64,000 bases of DNA, taken from NCBI RefSeq assembly GCF_004010195.1, contig NC_057718.1, forward strand, positions 99,559,822-99,623,821, in the 5' to 3' direction. Below, piece by piece: positions 24,593-37,706 of the stretch; the stretch's first letter is position 1; each line of letters begins with the position of its first letter. Both the position numbers and the translations under genes were made by a program. This DNA is from Chiloscyllium plagiosum. Lineage: Eukaryota. The notes under the pieces were generated by a model. The model was not told where the DNA came from. It worked only from the letters and a program-made list of their open reading frames with translations, and did not search any database.

Positions 24593-25067
24593 GGGTTTGA
24601 GTGGCTCTGAAAGTGCTGAGCTTGTGAAAGGTGCTACGTAAATGCAAGTTCTTTACTAATCCCAGTAGAGAAAGAATGAGTCAGACTTTACTGGCTAGAC
24701 AAATGCTAGGCTGTTACCTGGGAATGGGTTGGTTGGCGTGTACAGTCGGGTGAGGCAGGCTTGTACCTACTGGAAGCTTTGAAGTGGAAGAGCCAGATTG
24801 ATTGAAATATCTAGAACCGTGAAGGTCCTTGGCAGGGTGGGTGATTGGGGAAATCAGGGGTTTCCCATTTTGGACACCGATGAGGCATTTTCTTTCCTTT
24901 CAGGAGGTTGGAAAGTATTGTGGAAGCCGAGTTTTTGAATATTTTTAAGGTAGGCGTGGATTGATTTTGGGACTGGGGGAGGTGAAATGTTATTAGTGGT
25001 AGACAGAATGTGGATTTGAAATCACAATGAGACAGCCATTGATTTATTGAATAGTAGAATAGGCTAG

Positions 25068-25417
25068 AAACATAGAAACCCTGCAGTGTGGGAACAGGCC
25101 ATTCGGCCCCACAAGCCCACACTGACCCTCTGAAGAGTAACCCACCCAGACACATTTCACCTTCCCTATTACTCTACATTTACCGCTGATAAACGCACCT
25201 AGCAGATACATCCATGAACACTATGGGCAATTTAGCATGGCCGATTCACCCTAACCTGAACATCTTTGGACTGTGGGAGGAAACCGGAGCACCCAGAGGA
25301 AACCCAAGCAGACACGGGAAGAATGTGCAAACTCCACACAGACAGTCACCCGAGGCTGGAATCGAACCCAGGTTCCGTGAGGCAGCAGTGCTAACCATTG
25401 AGCCACCAGGCTGCCCA
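25068..25417 (-). mobile_element. HE1-type V-SINE, inserted in an old CR1 3' fragment (~24690-25450, +)
   Basis: HE1 reverse complement; aggctaga on both flanks. Confidence 0.85.
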
Positions 25418-25794
25418 AGGCTAGAGGGGCTGAATGGCTACTCCATGCTCATACACATCTCTGCAATGATCATTAGTGCCACCACATCAAAGAATTTCCT
25501 TGACTTTTATACTCTATTAGCTAAAATAGCAATCCCACTGCACCTGCATGTAAGCGGCACGATTAAAGTTGGATAAACAGTACAATGGAAACCAGAAGTG
25601 ATCAGAAAGGTTAGGCCTCAGAAACAGATCTTCTGCTTTTAATAAACTTCGGTGGTTACTTTCAACAGGAATCAGTCTCAAGGCAGAGTCAGTCTGATAC
25701 GGGTGGGCTTGTGACAATGACACTTTTTGAGAGGTCGGGCAGTTGTAAGATCCAGTCTGGGGGCAAAAACGTGTGTGTGAAAGTTTCGAAATAA

Positions 25795-25955
25795 AAACCG
25801 AAAGAGCTGCAGATGCTGTAAGTCAGAAACAAAAACAGAAGTTGCAGGGTAAGCTCAGCTGAGATCTGAGGAAGGGTCACCAGATCTGAAACGTTAACTC
25901 TGATTTCTCTGCGCAAGATGCTGCTGAGCTTTTCCAGCAATTTCTGTTTTTGTTG
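25795..25955. mobile_element. Penelope-like family B inverted unit
   Basis: ctgaggaagggtcaccagatctgaaacgttaac core; aacaaaaacagaa / tttctgtttttgtt arms. Confidence 0.7.
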
Positions 25956-26503
25956 TTGTGAGAATTCCTATGTGGCTCCATGCATTATTTCTGCAAAGCA
26001 TAGCAGTGGTTGGACCATGATATCTTCCCCATTGCTCCTCACCATCTTCGCTACTTTTTAATGAATCCTGTCTGACTTGAATTTATTGGACTGTTAAATT
26101 GAAGGTGACGTTGAATAAAGAAGGTCAAATACGTCATGTCAACAATCAACAATTAACTGATTGGGTTCTTTCTCTGAGTCTTCACTGTGGGCTGAAAGGA
26201 TAGGCGAATTGTACCATTACCTTGAACCTGCATCACATGATGGTCTTTACAATACAGAGGATGCTCATCAGATGCAGACTTTGTTCCAAACCTTCAGCGT
26301 TTAGATAGCCCAAGCAAGAGATGGCAAATATCTCAAGCGTGGACAATACCTGCCAATTAATGAGACGTCTTGTTAAGGAGACATTTCTTTTAAAGGGAAC
26401 AATTTCTCATTTACCAGGTGATGTTGGTTCATCTGCATGTTTATCAGGAAGGAAAACCCCAATGAACTTGGCCAACAGCTTAAGTTTGGGTGCTGCTGCC
26501 TTG

Positions 26504-26737
26504 TAATCCACTTAATCTCCACATCCCTGGACATAACAGGGCAATTTCCCATGGCTACCCCACCCTAACCTGCACACCTTTGGACAGTGGGAGGAAACTG
26601 GATCACCCTGAGAAAACCCCACGCAGACACGGGGAGAGGAGTGTGCAAACTCCACACAGACCTGAGGCTGGAATCGAACCAGGGACCCTGGTGCTGTGAG
26701 GTAGTAGTGCGAACCACTGAGCCGCTGTGCTACCCAC
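26504..26737 (-). mobile_element. HE1-type V-SINE (partial)
   Basis: HE1 reverse complement. Confidence 0.85.
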
Positions 26738-27079
26738 ATTCTTAGACTATGATGCTGGTTCTGAACTCCCTGGTCATTGGGAACATCCTTGCTGCATTTA
26801 CCCTGTCTAGTCTGTTTAGAGGTTTCTGTGAGATTCTCCTTCTCATCTTTCTAAACTCCCCGTGAATGCAATCCTTTCTTATCCAGTCTCTCTTCATATG
26901 TCAGACCTGCCATCCCAGCAATCAGTTCAATAGTTCTTAAGCACACTGGGGGTGTAAAGATACCCCCACAGACCTTTTGTTTATATATTCAGACGATGCA
27001 TATATTGCATGACATCCCTAATTGCCCAGTGGGCAGGTAAGAGTCAACCACATTAATGTAGATCCAGATTCACATCTTT

Positions 27080-27392
27080 GGGCGGCACGGTGACACAGTG
27101 GTTAGCACTGCTGCCTCACAGCGCCAGAGACCCGGGTTCAATTCCCGCCTCAGGCGACTGACTGTGTGGAGTTTGCACGTTCTCCCCGTGTCTGCGTGGG
27201 TTTCCTCCGGGTGCTCCGGTTTCCTCCCACAGTCCAAAGCTGTGCAGGTTAGGTGAATTGGCCATGCTAAATTGCCCGTAGTGTTAGGTAAAGGGGTAAA
27301 TGTAGGGGTATGGGTGGGTTGCGCTTCGGCGGGGCGGTGTGGACTTGTTGGGCCGAAGGGCCTGTTTCCACACTGTAAGTAATCTAATCTAA
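27080..27392 (+). mobile_element. HE1-type V-SINE, young subfamily
   Basis: CpG-rich full-length copy with a (ctaat)n tail; near-identical to 42218-42535 and 49731-50028. Confidence 0.95.
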
Positions 27393-27659
27393 ACCAGACC
27401 AACAAATTCCCTTCCCTTGAAGTTATCAGTGAATCAGATGGATTTTGAAAACAAAACAATGCATTACCTTTTAGATTTTTATTGAATTCAAATTTCACCA
27501 TCTACCACTGGAGGGCAATTCAAACCTGTAGCCCCAGAACATTAGCCAGGGATTGAGGATTGCTCGTCAGTGACATCACCACTCCAACAAGCTTCTCGGG
27601 GCAATTAGGGATGGACATTAGATACTGGAGCGACACCCTGTGTAAGATATTGTCAAACA

Positions 27660-27934
27660 GATTGATTAGATGCCCTACAGTGTGGAAACAGACCCTTCGG
27701 CCCAACCAGTCCACACCAACTCTCTGAAGAGTGGCCCACTTCCCCTCTGACTAATACACCTAACACAATGGGCAATTTAAGCACGGCCAATTCACCTGGC
27801 CTGCACATCTGTGGGCGGAAACCCACGCCAATGCAGGGAGAATGTGCAAACTCCACACAGACAGTTGCCCGAGGGTGGAATTAAACCTGGGACCCTGGCA
27901 TTGTGAGACAGCAGTGCTAGCCACTGTGCCACCC
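27660..27934 (-). mobile_element. HE1-type V-SINE
   Basis: HE1 reverse complement. Confidence 0.9.
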
Positions 27935-29132
27935 TAATTGAATGGCTAGCAAATTGAATTCTCCAAAGATTAAGAACTTTCATAACCCATCTGCTTGTGA
28001 ATGGGAAGCCAAGAATCAGGAACATGTTCTGGAATTAAATCTTTTACTAATCATCAAATATTTATGGGGCGGCTTTTCTTTTTAATTCAGAGTGAAAAGG
28101 CTAATATCGGAAATCACTACACGATCGCTCGTGCTAAACTTTAAATGTTTCCTTGCTGACATAACTTTGGGAAGGAAATATGGCTCTGCAGTGATTTCAT
28201 CCTCTCAAAATACATATTTTAAAATATATCTGCATTCACATTTTCCAAAAATGTCAGAAATGCTTTGAATGGTATCCCACCGTTGGGATACATGACTTGT
28301 GTCAAGGATTTGGTAAGTCTCCAGACAGCAGAGTCATGCCAGCATATAAGACGGCTTTTTGAACAAAATGGCCTGAAGGGGATTTTTTTTCCAGGGGAAA
28401 GGCTTTACTGGATCAGCGTCTCACGTGAAGGCATTAATGATGTTTTAAGAGATTGCTGGCAGAGTTCACAGCAATGTGGTGGTTTAATGTATGCATATAT
28501 ATGCTCTCTCAGTAAGGACGGGGCTAGACAGGAAGTAGGGTGTGGATGGAAAGATATCTATACTTGGCTATATCTCGTAGTGGCAATGAATGCCGCATAT
28601 TTCTCAATCAACTGCTCTCCTCGTTCCCTGGGATTGAATCTGATGCTGGCTGCCTGGCAGCCCAGAGTGATGAGTAATACCGTCTCCTGAAAGTCAGCGC
28701 ACGGAGTGGGAGATGGGCGTCTGTGGGGTATCTAAGCCCTGGCGTGGGTTTGCCGTCTTGCCTCCGTCAGTATCGAGCTGCCCACCTACCCTGTTGTGGG
28801 TCGGTGCGGTACCGAGGGCGAGCTGAAGGTGCCATTTTTCAGGAGAGACATTAAAGCAAGGCCCCCTCCCCAACCCTGCCAACCTCCACGAAACCTTCCA
28901 TGGCAACATTCTGCAGGCCATCGTGAGAATCCTCGAAAGGTAACTCCGCTTCCAAGACCTCACCCCTCCTTTGGGCGCCTCCATTTATCTCTGGGACTGG
29001 AAGTCGTCTGTTGGCGTTTACTGAGGTGCGCCCAGCATTTGTACATTGGGTCTCCCACAGCCGAAGAAACCAACAAGAGACTTGTTCCTTCTCTCAGAGA
29101 AAGTGAGCCAGATACCTCTGCCAGAGCAAGTC

Positions 29133-29250
29133 ACTGCAGAATCTGGAATCTGTACTGAAACCAATAAATGCTGGAGATCCCAGCGGGTCAGACAGCATCC
29201 ATGCAGAGAGAGCAAGCAAACGTTTCAAGTCTAGATGACTCTTCATCGGA
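29133..29250 (-). mobile_element. Penelope-like family D unit
   Basis: aacgtttcaagtctagatgactcttcatcgg; matches 18094-18190. Confidence 0.7.
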
Positions 29251-29707
29251 CATTGCCCACACAGTTCAGCAATGAGTGGGGAGATACAACAATGTGCACC
29301 AACATAGCAACTCAGGCACGACCTGAAAGTTCTTCCCAGGACTAGCATCATACAATGTCCGATGCCTCAGAAGATACTTAATAAGCAGGCCACTCTGCTC
29401 ATTATGTCTGGGCTGAAATTAATTGCATTTCACTGACTGCAAATTGTCTGCCTTCTCTGATAACCCTGACTTCTCTCCTTTTCAATTATCAGTCTAACTC
29501 TTCCCAATTCATCGAGCCTCCACCACACTCTCAGGGCTAACCACTCGCTGCGTGAAAACATATCCTTCCTCAAGTCAGTTTACTTTCTTTTGCTAGTTAC
29601 TGTAAAGCTGTGCCCTTTCATTCTTGATCCTTTCATGAGGAAGGACAATTTTTCTTGACCTACTTTGACCAGACCCCTCAAGACTTTGAAAACCTCAATC
29701 AAATAAG

Positions 29708-30144
29708 ACCAGGATGCTGCCTGGATTGGAGGGCTTTTCTTATGAAGAGAGGTTGACTGAGCTCGGACTTTTCTCATTGGAGAAAAGGAGGAGGAGAGGG
29801 GGACCTAATTGAGGTATACAAGATAATGAGAGGCATAGATAGAGTCGATAGCCAGAAACTATTTCCCAGGGCAGAAATGACTAACACGAGGGGTCATAGT
29901 GTTAAACTAGTTGGAGGAAAGTATAGAGGGGATGTCAGAGGCGGGTTCTTTACACAGAGAGTTGTGAGACCATGGAATGCGTTGCCAACAGCAGTTGTGG
30001 AAGCAAGGTCACTGGGGACATTTAAGAGACTGCTGGACATGCATATGGTCACAAAACTTTGAGGGTGCATACATGAGGATCAGTGGTCGGCACAACATCG
30101 TGGGCTGAAGGGCCTGTTCTGTGCTGTACTGTTCTATGTTCTAT
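29708..30144 (+). mobile_element. CR1 3' fragment, same subfamily as 3618-6183
   Basis: MRGIDRVDSQKLFP...FFTQRVVRPWNALP; (ttctatg)n tail. Confidence 0.9.
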
Positions 30145-30149
30145 AATAC

Positions 30150-30635
30150 ATAAGAGCAAATGTAGACCATTCAGCCCATTGAGTCTTCCTCGTCACACAC
30201 TGAGATCAGGGATGATTTGACAACTCTCAACTGCCTTTTCCCAGAAACCCTTGATTCTTTTTACTAATTAAAAATCTAAGTATCTCGGCCTGGACCGGCC
30301 TTAACACCTGCAGCCTTGACGGCCTTCTGTTGTAAAGATTTCCACAGACTCACCACCCTCTGAGAGAAGAGATTCATTCTCATTTCTGCTTCAAATACCC
30401 AACCCCTTCTCCAGTCCAATACTCTCCCACATGGGGAAACAACCTTTCTACATCTCCGAGGTCAAGCCCTTAACAATCTGATAGATTTTTCCTCTCATTC
30501 TTCTAAATTCCAATGAATACAGGCCCAATTTACTCAAACACTGCTCACAAGACAGTCCATCCATAGCCAGGATCAGCTGAATGAACCTTCTCTGGACTGC
30601 CTCCAATTCCTGTGTCTTTCCTTAGAGAAGGGCTT
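30150..30635 (-). mobile_element. Older CR1 3' fragment
   Basis: gtagaccattcagccc ... gaaccttctctggactgcctcca. Confidence 0.75.
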
Positions 30636-30759
30636 CCTCAACTGTCTCCAATTTGTCTTCCTGAATGATTCCTCACCCCTAGAAGCATTATGTTTCCTGC
30701 GCTGTCTTCTGAAGAGAAGTCCTCAGATCTGGGCATGAGATTCCAGCCTGGACCGAACT

Positions 30760-31009
30760 AGGAGAAAGTGAGGACTGCAGATGCTGGAGATCAGAGTCGA
30801 GAGGGCGGTGCTGGAAAAACACAGCAGGTCAGGCAGCATCCAAGGAGCAGGAGAATCGACGCTTCGGGTATAAGCCCTTCATCAGGAATGTCGACATTTC
30901 GTGCATAATCTGTCCATCAGGATGATGAGGGGCTTCTGCTCGAAACGTCGATTCTCCTGCTCCTCAGATGCGGACTGACCCGGCTGTGCTTTTCCAGCAC
31001 CACACTTTA
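30760..31009. mobile_element. Penelope-like family A inverted unit
   Basis: Inverted arms; gaccgaac at 30751-30758 and 31010-31017. Confidence 0.8.
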
Positions 31010-31446
31010 GACCGAACCAGTAGCCCCCCCCCCCCCCCCCCCCACCCCACACAAGGTTACCCAAACCTCCCCGCTCTTGAACTTTACATCTCTACGAATA
31101 AAACCAAGAATATTGTGTGATCTATCAAAAACTTTCTTGGCCTGACCTGAAATCTTTCATGGTTCAAGCACATGCGCATCCAGGTCCCCCGTCACTGTTT
31201 AGATTAAATCCTGTTTAGTTTGCCTCGCTATGTGTTTCCAACCAAAATGAATCATCCCATATCTCTCCACGCTGCACTTTATCTGCTCCCGGTGTGCCCA
31301 TTCCACAGTCAGTCTTTACCCTTATGAAACTTTCGACAATCTAGGTCACAGTTTACAATGCTCCTGAGTTTTATATCATTCACACATTTTGAAATCACGC
31401 CCTGCACACCTCAGTTTGGATCAGACTAAAATAGCTTGAATAAACT

Positions 31447-31765
31447 CACTGCTGCCTCACAGCACCAGGGACCCAGGTTCGAATCCACCCTTGGGTGACT
31501 GTCCATGTGGGAATTTGCACATTCTCTCTGTGTCTGTGTGGGTTTCCTCCGGGTACTCCGGTTTCCTCCCACATTCCAAAGATGTGCAGCTTAGGGTGGA
31601 TTGGCCCATGGGAACTTGCCCCATAGTGTCCGGGATGTGTGGGCTAGGTGGGTTAGCCAGGGGAAATGCAGGGTTATCAGGATGGGTTGGGTCTGGTGTG
31701 GTGGGGTGCCAATCGGAGGTCAGTGTGGACTTGATGGGCTGAATGGCCTGCTTTCGCACTATGGC
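31447..31765 (+). mobile_element. HE1-type V-SINE
   Basis: HE1 head and V-domain. Confidence 0.9.
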
Positions 31766-32388
31766 AAGTGTTTGACGTGGCTGTCAAAGAGAGATGTGAG
31801 TTGATGCTCAAAAATGCGCACAGCATCATTCTTTTCGGCTTGATCCCAAGCAAAACAGCTTGGTTTGGGTCCAAAGCATCCCCATTCAAATCCCTCTCGA
31901 TTTCCGACTCCGATCGCTTGCTCATCCACAATACGGCTGAGTTGACAGTTGCTTTGTAACTGCTAAAAGGGAGAGAATAAATTCCCAGTAAATGTCCTCA
32001 TCTCCGGTCGGGACACAGACAATTAGAGAACATGAATTGGAATCTGCTAAAAAACCAGTCTGTGGATCTGACTCTTGTTGACTGGAGCTGACTGGCTTTT
32101 CAGAATAGTGCCATTCAACTCCCGGAGACGATAATTAGTGATTCTCTCTATTGTCAATGCCTGTCTCATTCTGTCAATCTCTGTCTGACAACCCCACATG
32201 CACATAAACTGACACTCTTCCGCTAATGTGTCTGCACAATGTGGTATTTTTAATTCCAATTACGTCTCCCTTGGTTGCATGATCTATATTGTAGTCTGTT
32301 CCAATTCCACACCACTGTATCCAAATAGATGTATGTACACACTTGCATTATTGTTACACTAAAAACAGGCAGACCCCTACTCCCATAC

Positions 32389-33573
32389 CCACAGAAACAC
32401 ACACACACACAGACACCCACACAAACACACACACATACACACAGACACACACAGATACCCACACAGATAATCGCACACACATACACACAGACACCCACAC
32501 AAACACACANNNNNNNNNNNNNNNNNNNNNNNNNNNNNNNNNNNNNNNNNNNNNNNNNNNNNNNNNNNNNNNNNNNNNNNNNNNNNNNNNNNNNNNNNNN
32601 NNNNNNNNNNNNNNNNNNNNNNNNNNNNNNNNNNNNNNNNNNNNNNNNNNNNNNNNNNNNNNNNNNNNNNNNNNNNNNNNNNNNNNNNNNNNNNNNNNNN
32701 NNNNNNNNNNNNNNNNNNNNNNNNNNNNNNNNNNNNNNNNNNNNNNNNNNNNNNNNNNNNNNNNNNNNNNNNNNNNNNNNNNNNNNNNNNNNNNNNNNNN
32801 NNNNNNNNNNNNNNNNNNNNNNNNNNNNNNNNNNNNNNNNNNNNNNNNNNNNNNNNNNNNNNNNNNNNNNNNNNNNNNNNNNNNNNNNNNNNNNNNNNNN
32901 NNNNNNNNNNNNNNNNNNNNNNNNNNNNNNNNNNNNNNNNNNNNNNNNNNNNNNNNNNNNNNNNNNNNNNNNNNNNNNNNNNNNNNNNNNNNNNNNNNNN
33001 NNNNNNNNNNNNNNNNNNNNNNNNNNNNNNNNNNNNNNNNNNNNNNNNNNNNNNNNNNNNNNNNNNNNNNNNNNNNNNNNNNNNNNNNNNNNNNNNNNNN
33101 NNNNNNNNNNNNNNNNNNNNNNNNNNNNNNNNNNNNNNNNNNNNNNNNNNNNNNNNNNNNNNNNNNNNNNNNNNNNNNNNNNNNNNNNNNNNNNNNNNNN
33201 NNNNNNNNNNNNNNNNNNNNNNNNNNNNNNNNNNNNNNNNNNNNNNNNNNNNNNNNNNNNNNNNNNNNNNNNNNNNNNNNNNNNNNNNNNNNNNNNNNNN
33301 NNNNNNNNNNNNNNNNNNNNNNNNNNNNNNNNNNNNNNNNNNNNNNNNNNNNNNNNNNNNNNNNNNNNNNNNNNNNNNNNNNNNNNNNNNNNNNNNNNNN
33401 NNNNNNNNNNNNNNNNNNNNNNCACAGACACACACACACTCTCTCTCATAGACACACTCTCTCTCACACACGCACACACACACAGAGACGCATACGCACA
33501 GAGACACACACATGCACACACAGAGACACACACACGCACACACTCACACACACAGAGATATACACACACACAC
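32389..33573. repeat. Compound (CA)n microsatellite spanning an assembly gap (N at 32510-33422)
   Basis: CA/CAGA repeats on both sides of 913 Ns. Confidence 0.97.
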
Positions 33574-34109
33574 GTACTAGCAGCAGATGCTATTCTGGAC
33601 TGTTGGCATGCACTTAAAGTGGGTGGATTGAAACATCAATGAAGGGCACAGATCTCCATTGTTCACACTTTTCAATGTGTGTAGCACTGAATATTTAATG
33701 TCCTGTTACGATGAAGGTTCCTGTGTTGTCCAGGCTCATTATAGGGTGGCAGAGCAAGCAGAAGGGCAGACAGCTCACTGTGGAAACTGCCCTTGACAAC
33801 TGAGATTTCCTTTATAACTCAAGCGAGCGTTTTTAAGTAAGGCATCATCATGTCTGTAAATCACATCAGCGGCCACAGAGCATGGCCACCCTCATGTCTG
33901 AATTGGCTGACACCACTGCACACAGCACAGGGCATGTCGTTTATCCAATATTAACCTCCTGAAGCACTGGATAATTTTGAAAGGCCCAAGCCACTTCCTG
34001 AATATTCACCGAGTCCTTGTGGGTAGCCTCCAGGAGTTTGACAATAAAGTGAAATGTTCATGAAAGCTACAAATTCAGCCATCGCTAATCAGTGTGATCT
34101 TACTTCGAC

Positions 34110-34323
34110 AACTCACTCTGCTGTAACGCGTGTTTCATTAACGTGAATTCGCTGTAACGTGGTTGACGAATTGGGGATATTGTTTCTAAAGCGCAAACCT
34201 TTGAAGCGTGTGTTGGCTGTAACGTGATTATATCACCAACGCTTTAAGCGCTGTTTCTAGAGCGTAATTTTTCTATAACGTGGAGCTGCACAAGAATGCA
34301 ACCATCACGTTATAGAAGAACTC
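34110..34323. mobile_element. MER6/Tigger-like MITE
   Basis: tctgctgtaacgcg ... cacgttatagaagaact inverted ends; repeated internal (c)tgtaacg motif. Confidence 0.65.
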
Positions 34324-34364
34324 AACAAATAGACAAATGGCCACATTGGATGGGTTGCATTCAT

Positions 34365-34840
34365 AAATTGGCCCATCAAGCCATGCAGCCCTTCGGACTG
34401 TGCCATGCATTGAAAGCATGGCTGTACTCAACTCCGCTTTCCTGCCCATTTCCCCATAACTCTCGATTCCCTTTGTGATTCAAGACCTGCCTTGACTTTT
34501 CTTAACAATCCAGCCTGGACAGCTCTCTGCGGTGAAGAATTCCACAGTCACTCCGCTCTGAAAGAAGAAATTATTCCTCACCTCTGTCTTAAATGTGCAA
34601 TGCCTGATTCTGAAATGATGCCCTCTGGCCCTCGACTCTCCCACGAGGGGAAACATCTTCTCCCCATCTACTTTGCCAACTCCCCTATGGATCTTGTATA
34701 CTTCAACAAGATCTCCTCTTATTCCCTTAAACTCCACTGCCTACTGGCCAAAACCATTCAGCCTCTCTTTAAACAAAAACCCCTCTTTACCCCAGGTCAG
34801 CCGAGTTAACCTTCTCTGGACTGCCTCCAGTGTTAGTCTG
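34365..34840 (-). mobile_element. CR1 3' fragment
   Basis: RGDLVEVYKI...MFPLVGESRARGH. Confidence 0.85.
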
Positions 34841-34997
34841 GCAGCGTCCGAGGAGCAGGAAAATCGACGTTTCGGGCAAAAGCCCTTCCTCAGGAATGAA
34901 GGCCTTCTGCCCGAAACGTTAATTTTCCTACTCCTCGGATGCTGCTTGACCTGCTGTGCTCTTCCAGCACCACTCTAATCTCCAGTCCTCACCTTTG
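34841..34997. mobile_element. Penelope-like family A hairpin unit with a 15-bp TSD
   Basis: tccagtgttagtctg at 34826-34840 and 34998-35012. Confidence 0.85.
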
Positions 34998-35017
34998 TCC
35001 AGTGTTAGTCTGTCTTT

Positions 35018-35341
35018 CATAGAATCCCTACAGTATAGAAACACTTAGGGCCTTCGGCCCAACAAGTCCACAATGACTCTCCGAAGAGTAACCCACTCAG
35101 ACCCATTCCCCTATCCTATATTTACCCCCCTGACAAATGCACCTAACCTGCACATCCCTGGGCGCTTTAGAATGGTCAATTCACCCTGACCTGCACATCT
35201 ATTGGATTGTGGGAGGAAACCCACGCAGACACAGGGAGAACATGCAAACTCCACACCAACAGTCACCCGAGGCTGCAATTGAACCCAGGTCCCTGGTGCT
35301 GTGAGGTAGCAGTGCTAACCACGGAGCCACCGGGCCACCCA
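35018..35341 (-). mobile_element. HE1-type V-SINE
   Basis: HE1 reverse complement. Confidence 0.9.
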
Positions 35342-35624
35342 AGCTATTTCCTTATTTAAGAGGAACATTGGTGTTCACGCTTACAGTTACTTCAGCCCTA
35401 GCCTCCCTGCACCTGCTAGCGTCTCCCGTTCACTTTCCCCCTTCCAGGCACATGAACCTGACCGAGCTGCGGGCCACTTCACCTCCTTTACTGTGAAGGA
35501 CCCATTCTGCACTAACAAAGGTGCTACCTGACTATGGGTTGTTGTTTACATTGTTATAATTGTTCAGTTTGCAAGAGAAGCACAGTTATTGTGTACGCAA
35601 GAAAACAACCTCAAGTAAGGATGG

Positions 35625-35947
35625 CCCGGTGGCTCCATGGTCAGCACTGCTGCCTCACAGTACCAGGGACCTGGGTTCAATCCCAGCCTTGGGTGACAGT
35701 CTGTGTGGAGTTTGCACATTCTCCCCGTGTCTGCATGGGTTTTCTCCCACAGTCCAAAGATGTGCAAGTCAGGGTAGATTGGCCATGCTAAATTGCCCTG
35801 TAATGTTCAGGGATGTGTAGAATAGGTGCATTGGTGAGGAGTAAGTGTCAAAGAGTAGGGGAATGGGTTGGGGTCAGTTACTCTTCGGAATATCGGTGTA
35901 GACTTGTCGGGCCGAAGGGTCTGTTTCCACACTGCAGGGATTCTATG
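35625..35947 (+). mobile_element. HE1-type V-SINE
   Basis: HE1 head, V-domain and tail. Confidence 0.9.
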
Positions 35948-36009
35948 AAACCTCTTTTTCATCCTTTAAGATGTTCCTTATAAAACACATCTGTTTCCTC
36001 ATGCTTCTT

Positions 36010-36970
36010 TCCAAAGGGTGTCTTGCTGCAATTGTACAGGGTATTAGTGAGGCCATACCTTGGAGTGTGGTGTGCAGTTTTGGTCTCCTTTATCTGAGGA
36101 AGGATGTTTTTGCTACGGAGGACTGCAGAGAAGCTTTATCAGACTGATTCCTGGCATGGCAGGGCTGACATATGAGGAGAGATTAAGTCAGTTAGGACTG
36201 CATTTTTAAAAATTCATTCATGGAATGAAGATGTCACTGGCCAGGCCAATATTTATTGCCCATCCCAGGGGGCAGTTAAGAGTCAACCAGATTGCTGTGA
36301 GTCTGGAGTCACACGTAGGCCAGACCAGGGTAAGGATGGCAGTTTCCTTCCCCAGAAGGTGAACTAGATGGGGTTTTCTTTTGATAACCAGCAATGATCA
36401 TCATTAGACCCTTAATTCCAGATTTGTAAAAAATTGAATTCCACCAAATTTCCCAGCCGGATTCAAACCTGGGTCCCCAGAACATTACGTGAGTCTCTGG
36501 ATTGACAGTCTAGCAACAATACGACCAGGCCATTGCCTCCCTGTTCTCTGGAGTTTTGAAGAATGAAGGCGAAATCTCACAGAAACCCATAAAATTCTAA
36601 CGGGACTGGACGGGTTAGATGCAAAAAGGTTGTTCTTGATGGTGACAGATTCCAGAACCAGGGGTCATAGTTTAAGGATCATGGGTACATGTTTTGACAC
36701 TGAGATGAGGAGAAACTTCTTTGCCAGAGAGTGGGGAGCCTGTGAAATTCACTGCCATGGAAAGTATTTGAGGCAAAAACATGATGTGTTTTCAAAAAGG
36801 AGTTAGATACAGCTCTTGTGGCTAAAGGGATCCAGGGATATGGGAGAGGGGAAGGTGGGATTAGTGTGTTGAACTCAATGATCAGCCATGATCCTAATGA
36901 ATGGCAGAGCAGACTTGAAGGGGCGAATGGCCTATTCCTGCTCCCATCTTCGGCGTTTCCATGTTTCCAT
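36010..36970 (+). mobile_element. CR1 3' fragment interrupted by a SINE
   Basis: LLQLYRVLVRP..., CVQFWSP; resumes at ~36542; (tttccatg)n-like tail. Confidence 0.8.
36210..36541 (-). mobile_element. Second tRNA-derived SINE family, with a tail shared with the second LINE family
   Basis: Minus strand starts gggaggcaatggcc..., has a ggtttgaatcc B box and ends gggatgggcaataaat...tgaat; another copy at 59387-59725. Confidence 0.8.
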
Positions 36971-37706
36971 GGCTTGGCCATGAATTCTCTTTGATAGCAC
37001 ATCAGTGACGTGCCACATTGACTTTTTAACTACAGAATGTGCCAGTAAGGGCACTGCACAAATGCGAGTTGTTGTTGCTAATTTGATGCAGCGTTGGAAT
37101 GAATTGGTTATGGGTGAGTGAGTAATCGGGAGTCAGTTATTTCTTTCCATTTCAACTTGGGCCAGCTTTCCAGTGGTGAAGGACAATAGCAGAGGAGACT
37201 GCTGGTCCCCACGGAGCGCTCAGGCGTCACACTTTGAGAGTGACCAGACCAGTTGCTAACTTTAGCTGCGTTTCTAACTCTTCCACATTTGAAACCTTGC
37301 AGTTATACGAAAAATAACCCATTCCGTCACAGCTGTTGACAGCTATACATTGCATTGACTTCCCAAAGTGAAACGAAAAAGGAAAGTGTTTGGAAAATAT
37401 ACTTTGCCCGAAACAATCAGTTGATTGTTTTAGCAAGTAACAAAACACAATTAGTCAAGGGTGGTAAGGTGAATGCATGAATAGAGAAACTCTGTTACTT
37501 TGCATAGCTCACATTGAGAGATCCTGTTCTTTAGTAAACACACGCCAATCTCCACAACAGCAACCAGAGAAAGGGGAAGAACTCTCAAAGACAAACATAG
37601 GGACTGCAATCACAATTTTTTACTTCATGCTTTCCAAATAAATTTAACTTACTTTTCCCCGAAAATATAATTCTGTCATAAAATTTATAGAAGTCCTTTT
37701 CAAAAT

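Noticed and set aside
27080..27150. tRNA genes at SINE heads
   Set aside because: tRNA-derived heads continue into the V-domain and LINE tail, so these are SINEs
28265..28690. 141-aa ORF as a host gene
   Set aside because: Non-ATG start, no recognisable domain and no convincing splice context
32250..33642. Five 360-440 aa ORFs
   Set aside because: Artefacts of a (CA)n tract plus 913 Ns
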